A stretch of DNA of 47,214 bases. It comes from Calcarisporiella thermophila CBS 279.70 (Eukaryota > Fungi > Calcarisporiellomycota). Shown here piece after piece: positions 35,070-47,214 of this stretch. The DNA lies in contig NW_027192210.1 of the NCBI RefSeq assembly GCF_041956535.1, positions 141,138 to 188,351 of the forward strand. The letters run 5' to 3'. A model generated the notes under the pieces. It worked only from the letters and a program-made list of their open reading frames with translations, was not told the DNA's origin and did not search any database. The position numbers were made by a program, and so were the translations under genes. Within the stretch, counting starts at the first letter, position 1. Every line of letters starts with the position of its first letter.

Positions 35070-37763
35070 AACAAAATTTACAAGAGATTTCTAGTTCTGC
35101 CTTAGATTCTGGCTAGTACGGAGGAGGCAAGTATTCTGATCTGCGGTGCAAAGTGCCAAACCGAAGCAAGATGTAGGCGGAGAGCAGAGAAGAGGATGAA
35201 GTGAATCGAATGGAAAAAGACGTAAAAAGTCGAGAGAGAGGGATGAGGAGCGGTTAGCAACCTGGCAAGAGAGAGGGATTCATATTGAGCGGCTAACGCC
35301 CTTGCATCGCTTACCAATTTCTACTTGGCTTCCCCTAGCGTCGGAGAAAACGGAAGAGAAGGCAAAAATTATAAAAGGTAGACGAAAAGAGAAAGGTAAT
35401 AGAGCAAATGGGGGATACGAGAGTGTATCAGGAGAGTAAATCAAAGTTGTAACGAAGCAGAGAGATTGGAAAAAAAAAGACAACGGAAGCAAGAATTCGC
35501 AGCAAGTGAGGAAAACCCGCAAAGACAAGGAGTTAAAGGATCCGCGCAACAAACAAGAAGCGTACAGCACGGCTTCTCACACTGGTGCCGGCGGGTTCGT
35601 GTCGTGCAGAGAACAGCAGAGAAATTCCCAGAATAATATACTAGGAAATAGCAATATAAGTCAGGAGGGAGTAGGAGAAATAAACTAGAAACCCAAGGAG
35701 GAGCGAGAGGAGAGGAGATCAGATTAATGGCGGCGGTTACGTTTCACACCCGATGTTTTTATTCCAAGGCAAGAATGAGGAGAAAACAAGCGTTAGGTGA
35801 GGCAAATACGAAAGGGGAGAATGTCATCCGCGTTTAGGGTTGAAGAAGTGTTTTCAGTCTTTGTATTTTTCGAATAAAAAATTGAGTTACATATGGAGAC
35901 ACAAGTGCAGGTGTGGGATAGTCCCATCCTATGGCTATTTCGCCTCCTATCCCAGGAGTTCCAAATTTTCATAGCTTTTTTCGCACCATTTTACATGCTT
36001 ATTTCAAGCACCGCCAAGATTAGCGGGGGGCGTTCAAGTAGAAGCATTAGGATGAGGAATCAATATCATTTGGGGTCTAGCGAAATACAACCGTGGCCTC
36101 ATAACCGGAGACAAGTCCAGAGGAGCCCTTGAGTCCCTTTCGTTGCCTAACTCATCGACCTATTGGAATTCCATCCCATCTCCATCGAACACTCCGGATC
36201 ATGAATGAAAATAGGAGGATCGTTGCTTTTTTTTTAACCATCCTCCTGCGCTCTATGCTGTGCTATTTGGCGCCGAGAAGGAGTCCCCCAAAACCACTCT
36301 GCGTTTCTTTTTACTGAAACTCTTTGCGATGAGACTGTACATGGAAGATATGGAAAAGTGTGCGCTCGGACCACCGAGATCCAAGGGTCCCATATTTGGG
36401 CCGCAATTATGCATCTGACTGGACGATCCCTAAATAAGTCAGATCACCCTTTTAGGAGATTAGGATCAGCTTTCTGGGAAAAATGAACTGCTCCGTGTCG
36501 CGCTTCCATACCAGGGTATTAGTAGAGGTACTTGGTGGGCTTGCCGATTTTGTTTTAGCGGTTTCCGCCCACCCATCTCGTGAGCAGGTCCACACGCACA
36601 CGTGTCCGGTTGCATACTGGTTGGCATGCGTTAGGGTGGAGAGGGCTGTAGAAGAGGCATGAGGTGCGGCGTTAACCGGGGTCTAGAGCCGCATGGAGCT
36701 GCCAGTCTCCTCACTGATACCTGCTTTGAGGCCGTGAGCTGTTCTCATCGAGCATCCTGCACCCGAATATGAAGAGGGAGAATTCAGGTAGATGGACGAT
36801 AAGCATTGGTGCTCATTTGACCACTGAGGGTGGAGGACAAACAACAAGGACTGTGCTGGATTCTGTAAGTGCGAAACAGATCCCCAATTAGCCTATGCCG
36901 GTTGAGGCAGGAGGCCCAAAACCATGGCCAAAATGCATGTAGATGCAGTGTGATTGCGCAGCGTTCCAATGCGCATTCCCACCCTGGGTCCGAATCTCAA
37001 GTGAAAACAAAAAATGCAAGAGCCCCTATTCATGAACCGTAGCAGTTTGAGGCAACAGTCGTTTAAAAATACAGCAGTGATCCTCAGAAAAGGGGTAAAT
37101 CTGGGGATGGCTTTTCCTATTTCCGTTCCCTCTGTCCTCATTTTTAGTGAGCATAGCGGTAGTCTGCCGTGGGTTTACCAATCCAATCGGTGACGACAAA
37201 GGGGCTATTCGTGGAGAACTTGATTTAATCGGAATTTGTTCCTAATACCTATTTTCCCGAGCGCTGAAAAAAAAAAGGAGAGGAGTGGGGGCGGGGGGGA
37301 TTGGAGATCCGTCTTCATGATGTGGATCACTATCTTCAAGACTCAAACCCCTCTTTATGAAAATTCTTTAGTTTTATAATACTTTTTTTGATATGCTGTT
37401 ATGCTCAACCATTAGCTGATTTAAATAATCATGGCGCAGAGCGCTATGCACTAAGCGGCCACCATCTCCGCGTTTAAGATACTTACGCACAAGCGCCTTT
37501 TGTTTTCTCTCTATAGCGGTTCGTCCCCTCCTGCTCCAGTCTAGTGCAATAGTATCATAACATAATTGGCAGGATGTAACTTGTACACACGGTTTAATAG
37601 TGAGAAGGAAAGCAAGATTACAACAGAGCTAACAAAGCACAAGCCATCCGCCCATTCTGGCTATGGATAGCAAACCACCCTCCTAGGAGGGTGATATACA
37701 ATCAATAGGAAAACAAAATAAGCTCTTAGGTTCTTCAGCCAAGAGATGAACAAGCAGCCAATG

Positions 37764-38745
37764 CTAGATTATCTCTTCTTCCTCCTCTACATTCCCCCAG
37801 GCCAACAATCCCTCCTCACCCAAGTCATCGTCCTCTACGCTAAGAAATTCGACCCCTGCTCTCCTCACCGCCAAATTCCTCCTATTCCTGTTGACTCGAT
37901 GGATTAGCACTAGCATGAGCGTGAGAGCTAAAACTGTGGCGCTTACCTATGAAATATAACCGCAAGGCGCACCACTTGTACCACGTTGCGAACACCCACC
38001 GCTATCACATCCACCACCTCCTCTGCTTTGCTGCATCGACCAGCAATGAGAAGAGCAAGTGTGATAACACAGGCGAAGAACACCAGGACATCGAAGAGGT
38101 TATAGATTGAACTCCAATATCTCTAAGTGCCATTGTATCATCAGCTAGCGGTTATAGCGGATAGGAAAGAAGCAAACGCTTACTCTCCCTACAGCCATCC
38201 AGCGGAGAGATATTTCTATACATAGGGCTGTATTGATGAAGACTTCGAGTGTGACGAGCAATGGAGTTGCGCTAGAGAAAGAGCGAAGCGCATGGCGTTA
38301 GAAAAAAATAAGTCCATGGGGCGTTCTTTTTTTTTGGAAACGTGATTAATGAGAACCATCCATTACCATCCCTCAAAGAAAAACTATGGGAGCAGAATAA
38401 GATGCAAATCTGTCATTTAGAATGCAATATTACTTCTGAATATATAATGGTTAGTAATGGGTACCAGAACCAGTGTGGCCAAGCATACCACCGTCAGGAA
38501 AAGATAGAAGAGCACGTAGAATCTTGAGTATACAATTCGATTGGCGAGGTTTTTGATCAGCTCAGAGCGTGTAAAGCGATGGTGCTGGTGGGGGGGAGTG
38601 TATCTAAGAAGAGGTGAAGTAATGTGTCTAAATCCGATGGTCAGCTCAACTTCTCTTAGTAATTGTGTATGAGCCAATATCCTTACGGCTGATTTTCGTC
38701 ATTCTCCAAAATGCCATCATGGTCACCATTTCTAACTCGACTCAT
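37764..38745 (-). CDS. Small 4-TM Ion_trans / voltage-sensor-like membrane protein, multi-exon
   Basis: MSRVRNG...LANRIVYSRFYVLFYLFLTVVCLATLVL (S1), LEVFINTALCIEISLRW (S2), YWSSIYNLFDVLV (S3, NxxD), VRNVVQVVRLAVIF (S4), acidic tail. No pore segment. Confidence 0.78.
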
Positions 38746-39000
38746 TTTATTGGGTTAAGAAAAGTTGGGAGGATAAAAGGTGGCAAAAATGTAATTTTTT
38801 AAAGCTTATCTCAAAGGCATCTATATCTCTCCACCCTCTCCCAAGCAATGCCACCTCCTCCCCATTTCTATATTATATACAAAACACAAAATCATATAGA
38901 AATGCCGTGGAAAAAGGTAAATATATATATAGAATATAGATAAGGCTAGTAATAAGAATGACCCTTTATGATTTTGAAAATCTCCTCGCCCCCTCTCAAT

Positions 39001-39830
39001 TTATACGCTCATGGCAAACTTTTTTCCCTTCAGGACACTCTTGTAATATACGTAGAAGAAATCGCTGTACAGGGCCGTCTGCACCAATCCTGCCAGCACT
39101 ACGACCATATCAAAGTGGCCTTCCACCACATACCGGTACATCCAGTTGAGCAAGTAGAGTGCACGATAGGCACCGAGCGCAAACAAATAATGGGTGGTGA
39201 TCGTTTCGGCCTCTCCGGTGCGGGACAACATAAAGAGCTGAGGCAGGATGGCGACTGATTCGAGGAAGATGGAGAAGCTCCAGAGAATCTAATACCACTT
39301 ATCAATACCTGGGACAGTCCAATGTTGAACAACTGACAGGGAACATACCTCGATGAGGGAGAATTCAAGGGGGAAGATTAATCCTAGGAAGAAGCACGGG
39401 ACCAAGAGGAATTCAATGCGGAACGTGTCCAGGGCAGGGTCACTGGTCGCCTTGAACGGATAACGCATCAAGTAGAGCACATAGAAGGAGGTGCCGATGA
39501 AGAAGATTTTCATGAGCGTGTTATAGATGGAGTAAAAGTGGGTGAAGAGGTCTAGATAGCGCGTCACAAACACGATGGCATAGAGCAGCTGGCTTTTAAA
39601 AGAAATGCCTATGGAAAAAAGTAAGGGGGCCGCATTAGAATGGGTTTAGAAAGTGGTGAAAATACGTGGCGGGGATGGTAGCATTTCCCAAGTAAATTCA
39701 AGGGGCTTTCTAAAGTATGGGATTGAGAATAGGGCTTACCTGCGCACGATCGCGTTTTGCTAATTTTGAGTAATAAAATGATAATGGATGCAAGATGCAG
39801 TAAATCGGCGGTAAGGCGAAATATGTTCAT
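39001..39830 (-). CDS. ERD2: ER lumen protein-retaining (HDEL/KDEL) receptor
   Basis: [60 protein letters not shown]. Two introns. Confidence 0.97.
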
Positions 39831-40100
39831 TGCTTTTCTCTTCTTATTATCAATATCCCTTCTCGAAAGATTGTTGAGGACCCGATGAAAAAAAAAACAA
39901 ATAAAACTATAGTCGAGGACGAGGAAAAAAAAAATAACTCTAACTTAGGTACATTTTCTAACAAGAAGGAAAACGTCAAGAAGAACAAGCCACTCCTCCC
40001 TGCCCTCGACAAGCATTAAGAATTAAACGGGCGTGCCGGAGGAATTCGAGACTGCGTTCCTTGTCGGCATGCTTTGCTTGATGCGATTCATTCCTATGAA

Positions 40101-41611
40101 ATGATAAAGTCCTATTTCAAGACCAACAAAGGGAAGGCCCAATCTAAGAGGGGTATCCTCTCTCCCGAACCCTCTTCTCCCACTGCCGCTGAACACAGCG
40201 ATGATGACGGATTGCATGAGAAGAAGGAGGAAATGACGAGGGAGGAGAACAAGGAGAAAGAGTTGTTAGAGCTGAGCCCGCCGACAGGAAAGCGCAACCC
40301 CCGCGAGCCTGAGAACCTATCCAGCCCAGAACTCGTGTCCAATGTGGAGCTACAGGATCCGTTTGTGAGTGTCTCGCAACAAGTATCAAAGAAGCGCAAA
40401 GCTAATGACAATAATGACGGCACATTAATATATTCATTGTATGTATGAACATGAAAAGCCATTTTCCCTTCTTGTTTTATGATGTTGAATCCAAATTTAT
40501 GCACATTAGCCGTGGGAGAAGAGTGGCCTATCGCAATGTCGACGATGAGTATGTTTTATTAAATTCTGAAAAGCCTATATCTTCTAAATCATTCCCCTGT
40601 CCCAATGTAGCGATGACGGATTGAGCGGTAGACCTCGCGTGCTCTGGCCATCCACTTCGCACCAGTCGAAGGTGTTGAAACAAGCGCCCCCTACCGCCGT
40701 TGCCACTCGCTCTTCTTCAACTCGATTCCCCTCGACCCGACCCATCAGCAAGGCAGAAGAACTGACAAAACGCTGTTTAGGTGCAAAGGCGATGCGCGAG
40801 GAGTCACGCAGATATGATGAGAAGCAAGGGAGACGAGAGGAAGAAGTTGGAGAGAACGATGGGGAGGAGGAGGTAGAAGAGGAGGAGGAAGAAGAGGTAG
40901 ACTATTGGGAAGAAGAGGAGCAAATATCAAGCAGAGGGGCGGAGAAGGCTCGCGAGACAACTCCCCCGCACGCAATATCAAGAGATATATACTCGCCCGA
41001 TAACCCCTTTGTAGTGACGAAAGAGGAGGCCGCCCGAATTAAACGAGACCCGCCACCCATCCGGCGGAAGCCAAAGAAAGGGTTTGGAGTTGTGTTGTAG
41101 GTAGCTCCTGTTTTTTCGGTTCATGGAAGCCTACTGAGATGGCCTATTTTCTCTTTTTTTTTTCTCCGCTGAATAGTCGCGGGAAGCATTATCCCGTGAG
41201 TGAGGAAGCATTATTTGGCGATGATTCGAGGTAACTAGAGGGGGGGCAGGTTTCACGAGAGGTGGTAGAAGAATGCGTTTGCTTATACGAAATATGATTA
41301 TTGTATCATAGTCCTTTTCAGTCAAGTATCGGGCCCCGCTACCTGCTTCCCAGCCTACTCGCGGCGAAGAAATCGCCGCCGCCTCCTTCGTCCTCATCCT
41401 GTGCAATTGTAACACCCGCTTCGTGAGTTCCTGCCTTTCTTATTCCATAAATGTCTTATTTTTAATATTGTTCCATTTTCAAAGATCCGCCCCTGCTAAT
41501 GCTTCTACGGCCTCCTCGGCCTCCATCGATGAATCAAGACCCTCTCGGCCCACGACCATGACCCAATTTGCAAAGAAGAAGAAACCCAAACCGAGTCGCA
41601 AAGTGCCTTGA
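40101..41611 (+). CDS. Hypothetical low-complexity, charged, probably nuclear protein (exon structure uncertain)
   Basis: Successive + strand coding-like blocks (40101-40430, 40611-41080, ~41330-41420, ~41485-41611) are separated by AT-rich intron-like segments. Poly-Glu tract and basic clusters. Confidence 0.55.
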
Positions 41612-42175
41612 GAGAGCCACAGGGCTCCGTATTTAAGAGGAGGAGGCTTGCTATATCCCTGTGTGTGTATTATTGGATTTTTGTTTCGTTAATTTTTCAT
41701 CATATTCCTCTGGCTTGGATCTTGGGATTGGGAGTTGCATTTTTTTTTTTTCTTTGCTTTCCCAGACATTCCTTCACGATTGTTTGTTTGATTGATTGTT
41801 TGTTGAATAAAGTGTGCTATGCTCGAAAACGATCCCCCTTTCTTTGGGCCAGGTTCCGACTTCTCAGGCTTGCATTGTTGCCGGATTTTCTTGTAAGCTT
41901 AGGTTTTTTTTCCCTTCTTCTTACGTCCTCTCCGTTCCACCAAATCTGTCGACATTATGATATTCACGCATTTTCGATGAATATTAAACCGTGGAGCTTG
42001 TTCCTGATTTTAGTTAATGCAGAGCCGCAATTGGCCAGCAGAGAGCCCGTTTCTGGCTCCAGGCATCCGCATTTGCTCACTCTAAATCCCCCCTCTTTTC
42101 CCATATCTCACACCACCAGTTTTTCTCAGCTGTTTACACTTTAATTAGACGACCTTGAGAAAACAGCGTCCCGCG

Positions 42176-43658
42176 ATGTCCATCGCAACCCACGACCCCC
42201 CATCCACCCCCACCGTCAAGGTGCCGCTTCGGCGCGTGGCATTCCGCCGCTCCTCCAACCGGTTCATTGCATTTCTTGAGCGCCATCAAATAAGTAAGCT
42301 CTTCTCCTGTCTAAATCTGTCATCCCCTGATCCCCATTGATAACCTCTCCTCCGTTGCCCTTAGCTATCCCCACCTACTTCATTGCCTTTATTCTCCTTG
42401 CCCGCCTGCTCAATGCCCCATTTGCGTTGCGCTTCCTCGCCCTCTCCTATCGGAATCCGGATGGATCATATGGGAAGGGCTGGTGGGATGCTGCTTTTAT
42501 TTCATTCTATGCCATAACCTTCACGGCACTGCGTGCGGCGGTCATGCGGCACGCACTGACCCCGCTGGCCAAGGCGGCCAAGGTGAAGAACAAGCGGGAG
42601 ATGGTGCGCTTCTGCGAGCAGGGCTGGGCGTGCCTGTACTACATGCTAGCATTTGGGAGCGGAATCGTAAGCCCCATTCTTGCCCGCCTTGCCCTTGGAT
42701 AGAGCCACGGGATCCTAACCATCTTCATTGTAGTATCTGGCGAAGAATAGCCCGTTCTGGAGCGACTATCGGCACTTTTGGATTGGCTATCCGCACGTCC
42801 ACCTCGCCCCCTTTGCCAAGACCTATTACCTTATACAGTTCTCGTTCTGGATCCACCAATTCTTCGTGCTGCAGATCGAAGAGCCCCGGAAGGACTACCG
42901 CGAGCTGGTGGCGCACCATGTGGCCACCTGTCTACTCATCCTGCTGAGCTACCTGCTCAACTTCACGCGGATCGGAAGCGCGGTGTTCTGCACCATGGAC
43001 TTTGCCGACATTTTCCTGGCGGTAAGTCACGCTCTTGCTCTGGGCCGCGGATGTTGCTTTTCACCCTCTGCGCTCGCCCCTCTCCTCTGCTCCGCGTTTT
43101 CGGAGATCGGAGGGGGTTAGGGGAGGGGCGAGAGGAGGCGAAAAAGATCTACGGCGAAGAGGAGAAGAAGAAGAAGAAGAAGAAGAGAAGAAGCTCATCT
43201 CTCAGTGTGTATTTCCATAGCTGGCCAAGTGCCTCCACTACATCCAATTCGAAGCGGCGGCCAATGTCACGTTTGCGGTCCTGCTCTGCTGCTGGACCTA
43301 CTCGCGCCTCTACCTCTATTCCCAGCTGGTGTACTCTGTAGTGGTGCATATCCCGCGCTACATCAGCTACACCTTCGCTCCGGCCCAGGGCCACTATTTC
43401 TCCCGGACCGCGCACTACATCTTCATCGTGCTGTTGACGAGCCTCCTGTGCTTGAACTTCTTTTGGACCTACTTGATGTTCCGCATTGCGTTCCGTACTC
43501 TGCGGGGGCGGCAGCTGCGGGACGATAGAAGCGATGACGAGGTCGAGGTGGAGCCGCGGGCCGTCACCCACGCCACAAAGCTGTCCCAGGCGCCCCCCTT
43601 AAGAAAACGAGATAGTGGCCATGGTCAGATGCCGGAGAAAGGGTGGCAAACCCTGTAG
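42176..43658 (+). CDS. Ceramide synthase (LAG1/LAC1, TLC domain)
   Basis: YGKGWWD, RFCEQGW, and the Lag1 motif RKDYRELVAHHVAT...MDFADIFLA. C-terminal DDRSDDE. Three introns. Confidence 0.93.
43163..43193 (+). repeat. (AAG)n microsatellite in an intron of the ceramide synthase gene
   Basis: agaagaagaagaagaagaagaagagaagaag. Confidence 0.8.
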
Positions 43659-44332
43659 TCTGTTGCGCCTGTTTGCTGCTTTTTTTTTTACCATTTCTCC
43701 GTTATACTCTTAATAGTTTCCCTCGCGTTTCATTTCACTATTTCATATCTAAGTCTTGCCTTACATATTTCCGCCCCCTTTTTTTACTACTCTTTTTTTA
43801 TTATACTGTTTAATATGGTTTCACCCTCCCCCTTTTTTTTTGCCAATGTATTCTATAAGATAAATTAATCATTTAATCTGCATGGACTCGCTCACGGGAG
43901 AATGCATTCAACATGGGAGCATTTTAACACTTTTGGTTAATGAGTGAGGGAAACATGAGATAGAAACGGCCAAGCGAAATAAAAGCAAAACAAAGCATGG
44001 GAAAACGGCGGGAAGAGAGGAAGCAAGGGGGAGGAAAACAAGCTGATCAGAGGAACGCAAAAAGGGGAAGAAAAAAAAATTGCAGCTTTAGCGGTCAACG
44101 AGTGAAATAATATATAGATAGACGAGGAGATATGATACAGGTACGTGGCACAGCGGCAAACATTATATATATATATGTGTGTGTATATATATTTACGAAA
44201 GGTTCTTTAGAGGGAAGCATGAGGAGGGCGAAGAGGGGGCGGAGGGTGATTCTTTTGAGGTGGAATGCAGCTTGAGAGGGATGTTTTAGGCTAGGCGTCC
44301 GCTGGCCGCTCGGGCCAAGTGCGTTCTTATCC

Positions 44333-44786
44333 TTATAATGTCCCTGCCAGGGCGTTTCTGCGTTTGCCCCAATTCCGGGCCCAGCGCTCGGCTGCCTCTC
44401 GCCCGCCCAGCGACTCGGCGCCGCCAAGGGAGACCTGGTCTCTCTCCCTCTTCATCGCGAGCCCTGTCCTCATCCCGGTGAGCCCGGCTGGCAGGCTCAT
44501 TTCATTGTCAGCGGTGGGGGTCAGGTCTCTCGAGATGGTGCGGCGGTGGCGACTAAAGGTGGTGGTGTAGAGCGGAGAGGTGGGGGCGGAGACGGGGTTG
44601 GCGGTCGAGGGCGAGGAGGAGGTTTGATCACGGTACTGGCAGACATTAGAGCAGAAGGCCTTGCCGCTCTGCACAAACCCATCAACGGGGGGCATTAGCA
44701 TTCAGTCCGACCCAGTCCAATGCAGAGCTCATACTTACGGGGCAGCGGGACATGCAGTAGAGGCACCAGTCGACATCAATGTCCAT
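44333..44786 (-). CDS. Ecl1/2/3-like (lifespan regulatory factor) small Zn-binding protein
   Basis: MDIDVDWCLYCMSRCP|SGKAFCSNVCQYRD fits CxxC...CSxxCxxxD, followed by a Ser/Pro-rich tail. Intron at ~44671-44738. Confidence 0.75.
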
Positions 44787-46958
44787 GGCGGCGGGGGGGG
44801 GGGATGGAGAGCAAGAGGTGTGCAAGAAGAGCAGGTGTGGGAGGAGGAATGAAGAGCGAAATGGCTCTGCAAGGGATTCAATGCGATGGGCAGCTCGGGT
44901 GAGAAGAGCGAGCGGCCAGAAGGGGGAGGAGGCGCTTATATAGAGGATCAAGAGCAGAACAAAAAAAAAAGCGGTGAGTAGCAACAAAAAAAGTTGGGTT
45001 GATTTTTTTTTTTCCCTATGCATGTACGCTCCATGCAACCATGGCTCTTTCTCCCCTTTTTCGTTCCCTAGCGCAGACTCGCAACTCCTTACATCGAGCC
45101 GTCTGCAATGCACGAATTTTTTTTTTTACCACTTTTTCCCTGCCCCAACTCTAAATCGGGCCCGTAAAAATTAAACCGGAACCGGAAAGGCTGGGGCGTG
45201 GGCCTCTCGACGATGGCCAGATTGCAATGCCGCCGCCATAAAACAAACTTTCGATGGGGCCGGAAGCCCTCCAAACCTTGCGACGCTTGATTCGAATAGG
45301 CGAGGGGTCTCCTCCTCGGGCGTCCTCCACCCGGCCCGGCCCAACCTCCCCCCTCCTAGAGCCGGCGCAACAGGACTGGACCGCGGCTGCTCACTCCGGG
45401 CTGCTGGGCTCACGGCCCACGCTGAGAGGGCCGTGGATCGGCGGGTGAGATGTCTCCCGCATATCTTCTATAACGAGCCTTGGATGCGTCCGCTCGGGGA
45501 TATTCGCGTTCTCCCGCTCCGATCCTTCCCTCAACTCTCTCCCACCCCGCCCAACCACGGCGGCAAGAGACCAGTGAGGAGGCGGCATGAGATTGGGGCG
45601 CAAGGGACGCCCGCGATTGAGGATGGGCCACAATGCTCATCCTTGATCTGACTAACGCCAGGAGAGATGCAGCGCGCAAGATGGTCGCCGTCCATTTCGA
45701 ATGACGGGAGTAATTCCTGTTCTGCTCTGTATTGTCCAGAGGGTTTCTATTGCCTCCGCTCCCTTCAAAGCCTCCAGCTCAGCGAAGCTCCGGCCCAGCT
45801 CCAAGCCCAACCTCTGGCACGGGTTGGGCCACTGGGTCCAGGCTTGTGTCTATCGAGGCCACTCTCTTTGCGCAGCACAGCTGGGCCATAGAGCTTAATT
45901 ATTGGCATCTGTCTCTGCTGACTGTGTCTTCTCGAGATTCCAGCTAGGTTCTTAGCTTCCTAAGGCTGGCCCCGCCCTCCCCGCTGCTTTGGGCTCTCAG
46001 CAGCGTTCCACAGCAGGAGCCCTCGCCTGAACGTGAGAGAGAATAGGCTTTTTCCTCCGCGGTTAGCTTCCTCCTAAGTGGTACAAATGTTCAGGACAGA
46101 CTCTGAGAAGCCCTCCCCCCCTCCCCACGCACAAGGAAACCGATATGAATCCAATAAACTCAAAATAATCCCCACCCATTCTTGTTCCCAAGTGCTTTAT
46201 TTTGCTAAATAAAAATGGTCTCATTCCCTATGCCCTTGTCCCCCGGGCTTGTTTTACCGGCGCTTTTTCCATGGAGCTTGGGAAGAATGAGCGGCAATCC
46301 TTGTTTTCGGCACGCTCCGTTCGCCTGGGATCGTGCGAAAAGGCGGGGCGGGGAGAGGGCAGACACCAACGGCTTCTCTCACTGTTTCGAGGATCTACAG
46401 CGGGCATGCAAACAAGCTGACTAGAAACCTAGCGGCTGTCGTGCACACCCTTCGCTCCCTTCCCCCCTCCTCTATCTCCAAGCCTATTCACGCCAGGATT
46501 TTGGTCGCCGAACCTTTAGCCTCATCTACTCTCCTAAAGTGAGCTGGGCCAGGTTGCAAGTGACATCATCTTGGTTCGAGGTTGAGAGGGGAGGGGGGGG
46601 GGTAAGCGGGCGGGTGAGGGGGAGTAGGGTCGCAGCCGAGCCATGCGGTCTGCTTTAATATGCCGTGCTTGGAAGTGCAGCGGCCGCCTTGGCGATTTCA
46701 TCATTGCAGTGGAACAAGTAGAAAATGTCGGTGAATGAAACACACTTTTGGAAAGCGCGGAAACTAGCCAGAGGAGGGGGAGAGAGGAGGTTTGATTTCG
46801 ATTAGATTAGATTTCGAGGGAATGAGCATGTCTTGGGCACTTCTTTTTATTGATGAATAAAATTATACCATGGTCAAATAGTCTACGTCTCAAAGGGATA
46901 CAATATGTGTACAGCAAACGGATTCAAAGGAAATGGCCTTTCGAATAAACAAGGGTGT

Positions 46959-47214
<256 letters not shown>

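Noticed and set aside
35820-37210. Telomerase RNA or RNase MRP/SRP RNA (tttagggttg at ~35833; ggagtcccc/ggggct pair; gagcaggtc)
   Set aside because: The template-like match is only 8 nt, the MRP-like halves are >900 nt apart, and the SRP helix-8 partner strand is absent. These are insufficient.
44731-44740. U1 snRNA 5' end (ATACTTAC), also at ~5481 and ~37479
   Set aside because: At 44731 it is the antisense of an intron donor and at 5481 it is an intron branch region. No U1 body follows at any of the three sites.
44800-46750. Numerous 60-90 aa ORFs on both strands
   Set aside because: Expected in GC-rich intergenic/promoter DNA. There are no domains and no consistent exon structure.

Overview
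Eukaryotic, intron-rich fungal DNA. Short GT-AG introns of about 50-100 bp and the gene repertoire suggest an early-diverging fungus such as Mucoromycota/Endogonales; this is inference. The window opens with two convergent, identical intron-containing tRNA-Ala(TGC) genes. About 70-90 bp upstream of the second one sit a complete tRNA-derived SINE and a 5'-truncated L1/Tx1-like LINE. They have overlapping target-site duplications and share a covarying 3' stem-loop. Next come an SDR with PTS2, ETF-beta, a PrxQ/BCP peroxiredoxin, a degenerate-motif sulfotransferase, an enoyl-CoA isomerase with SKL, a PIM/PASK-like kinase and an M20 peptidase. Three glutamate carboxypeptidase II (M28B) paralogues follow, interrupted by an NB-ARC-TPR NLR that has three in-frame stops and a short amyloid/RHIM-like N-terminal exon. 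The window ends with a PWWP protein, a stand-alone voltage-sensor-like 4TM protein, ERD2, a hypothetical protein, a LAG1/LAC1 ceramide synthase, an Ecl1-like protein and the 3' end of polyubiquitin. The two strongest leads are a candidate tRNA-upstream-targeted non-LTR LINE/SINE pair and a candidate amyloid-signalling NLR. All gene models and alignments were made by eye.
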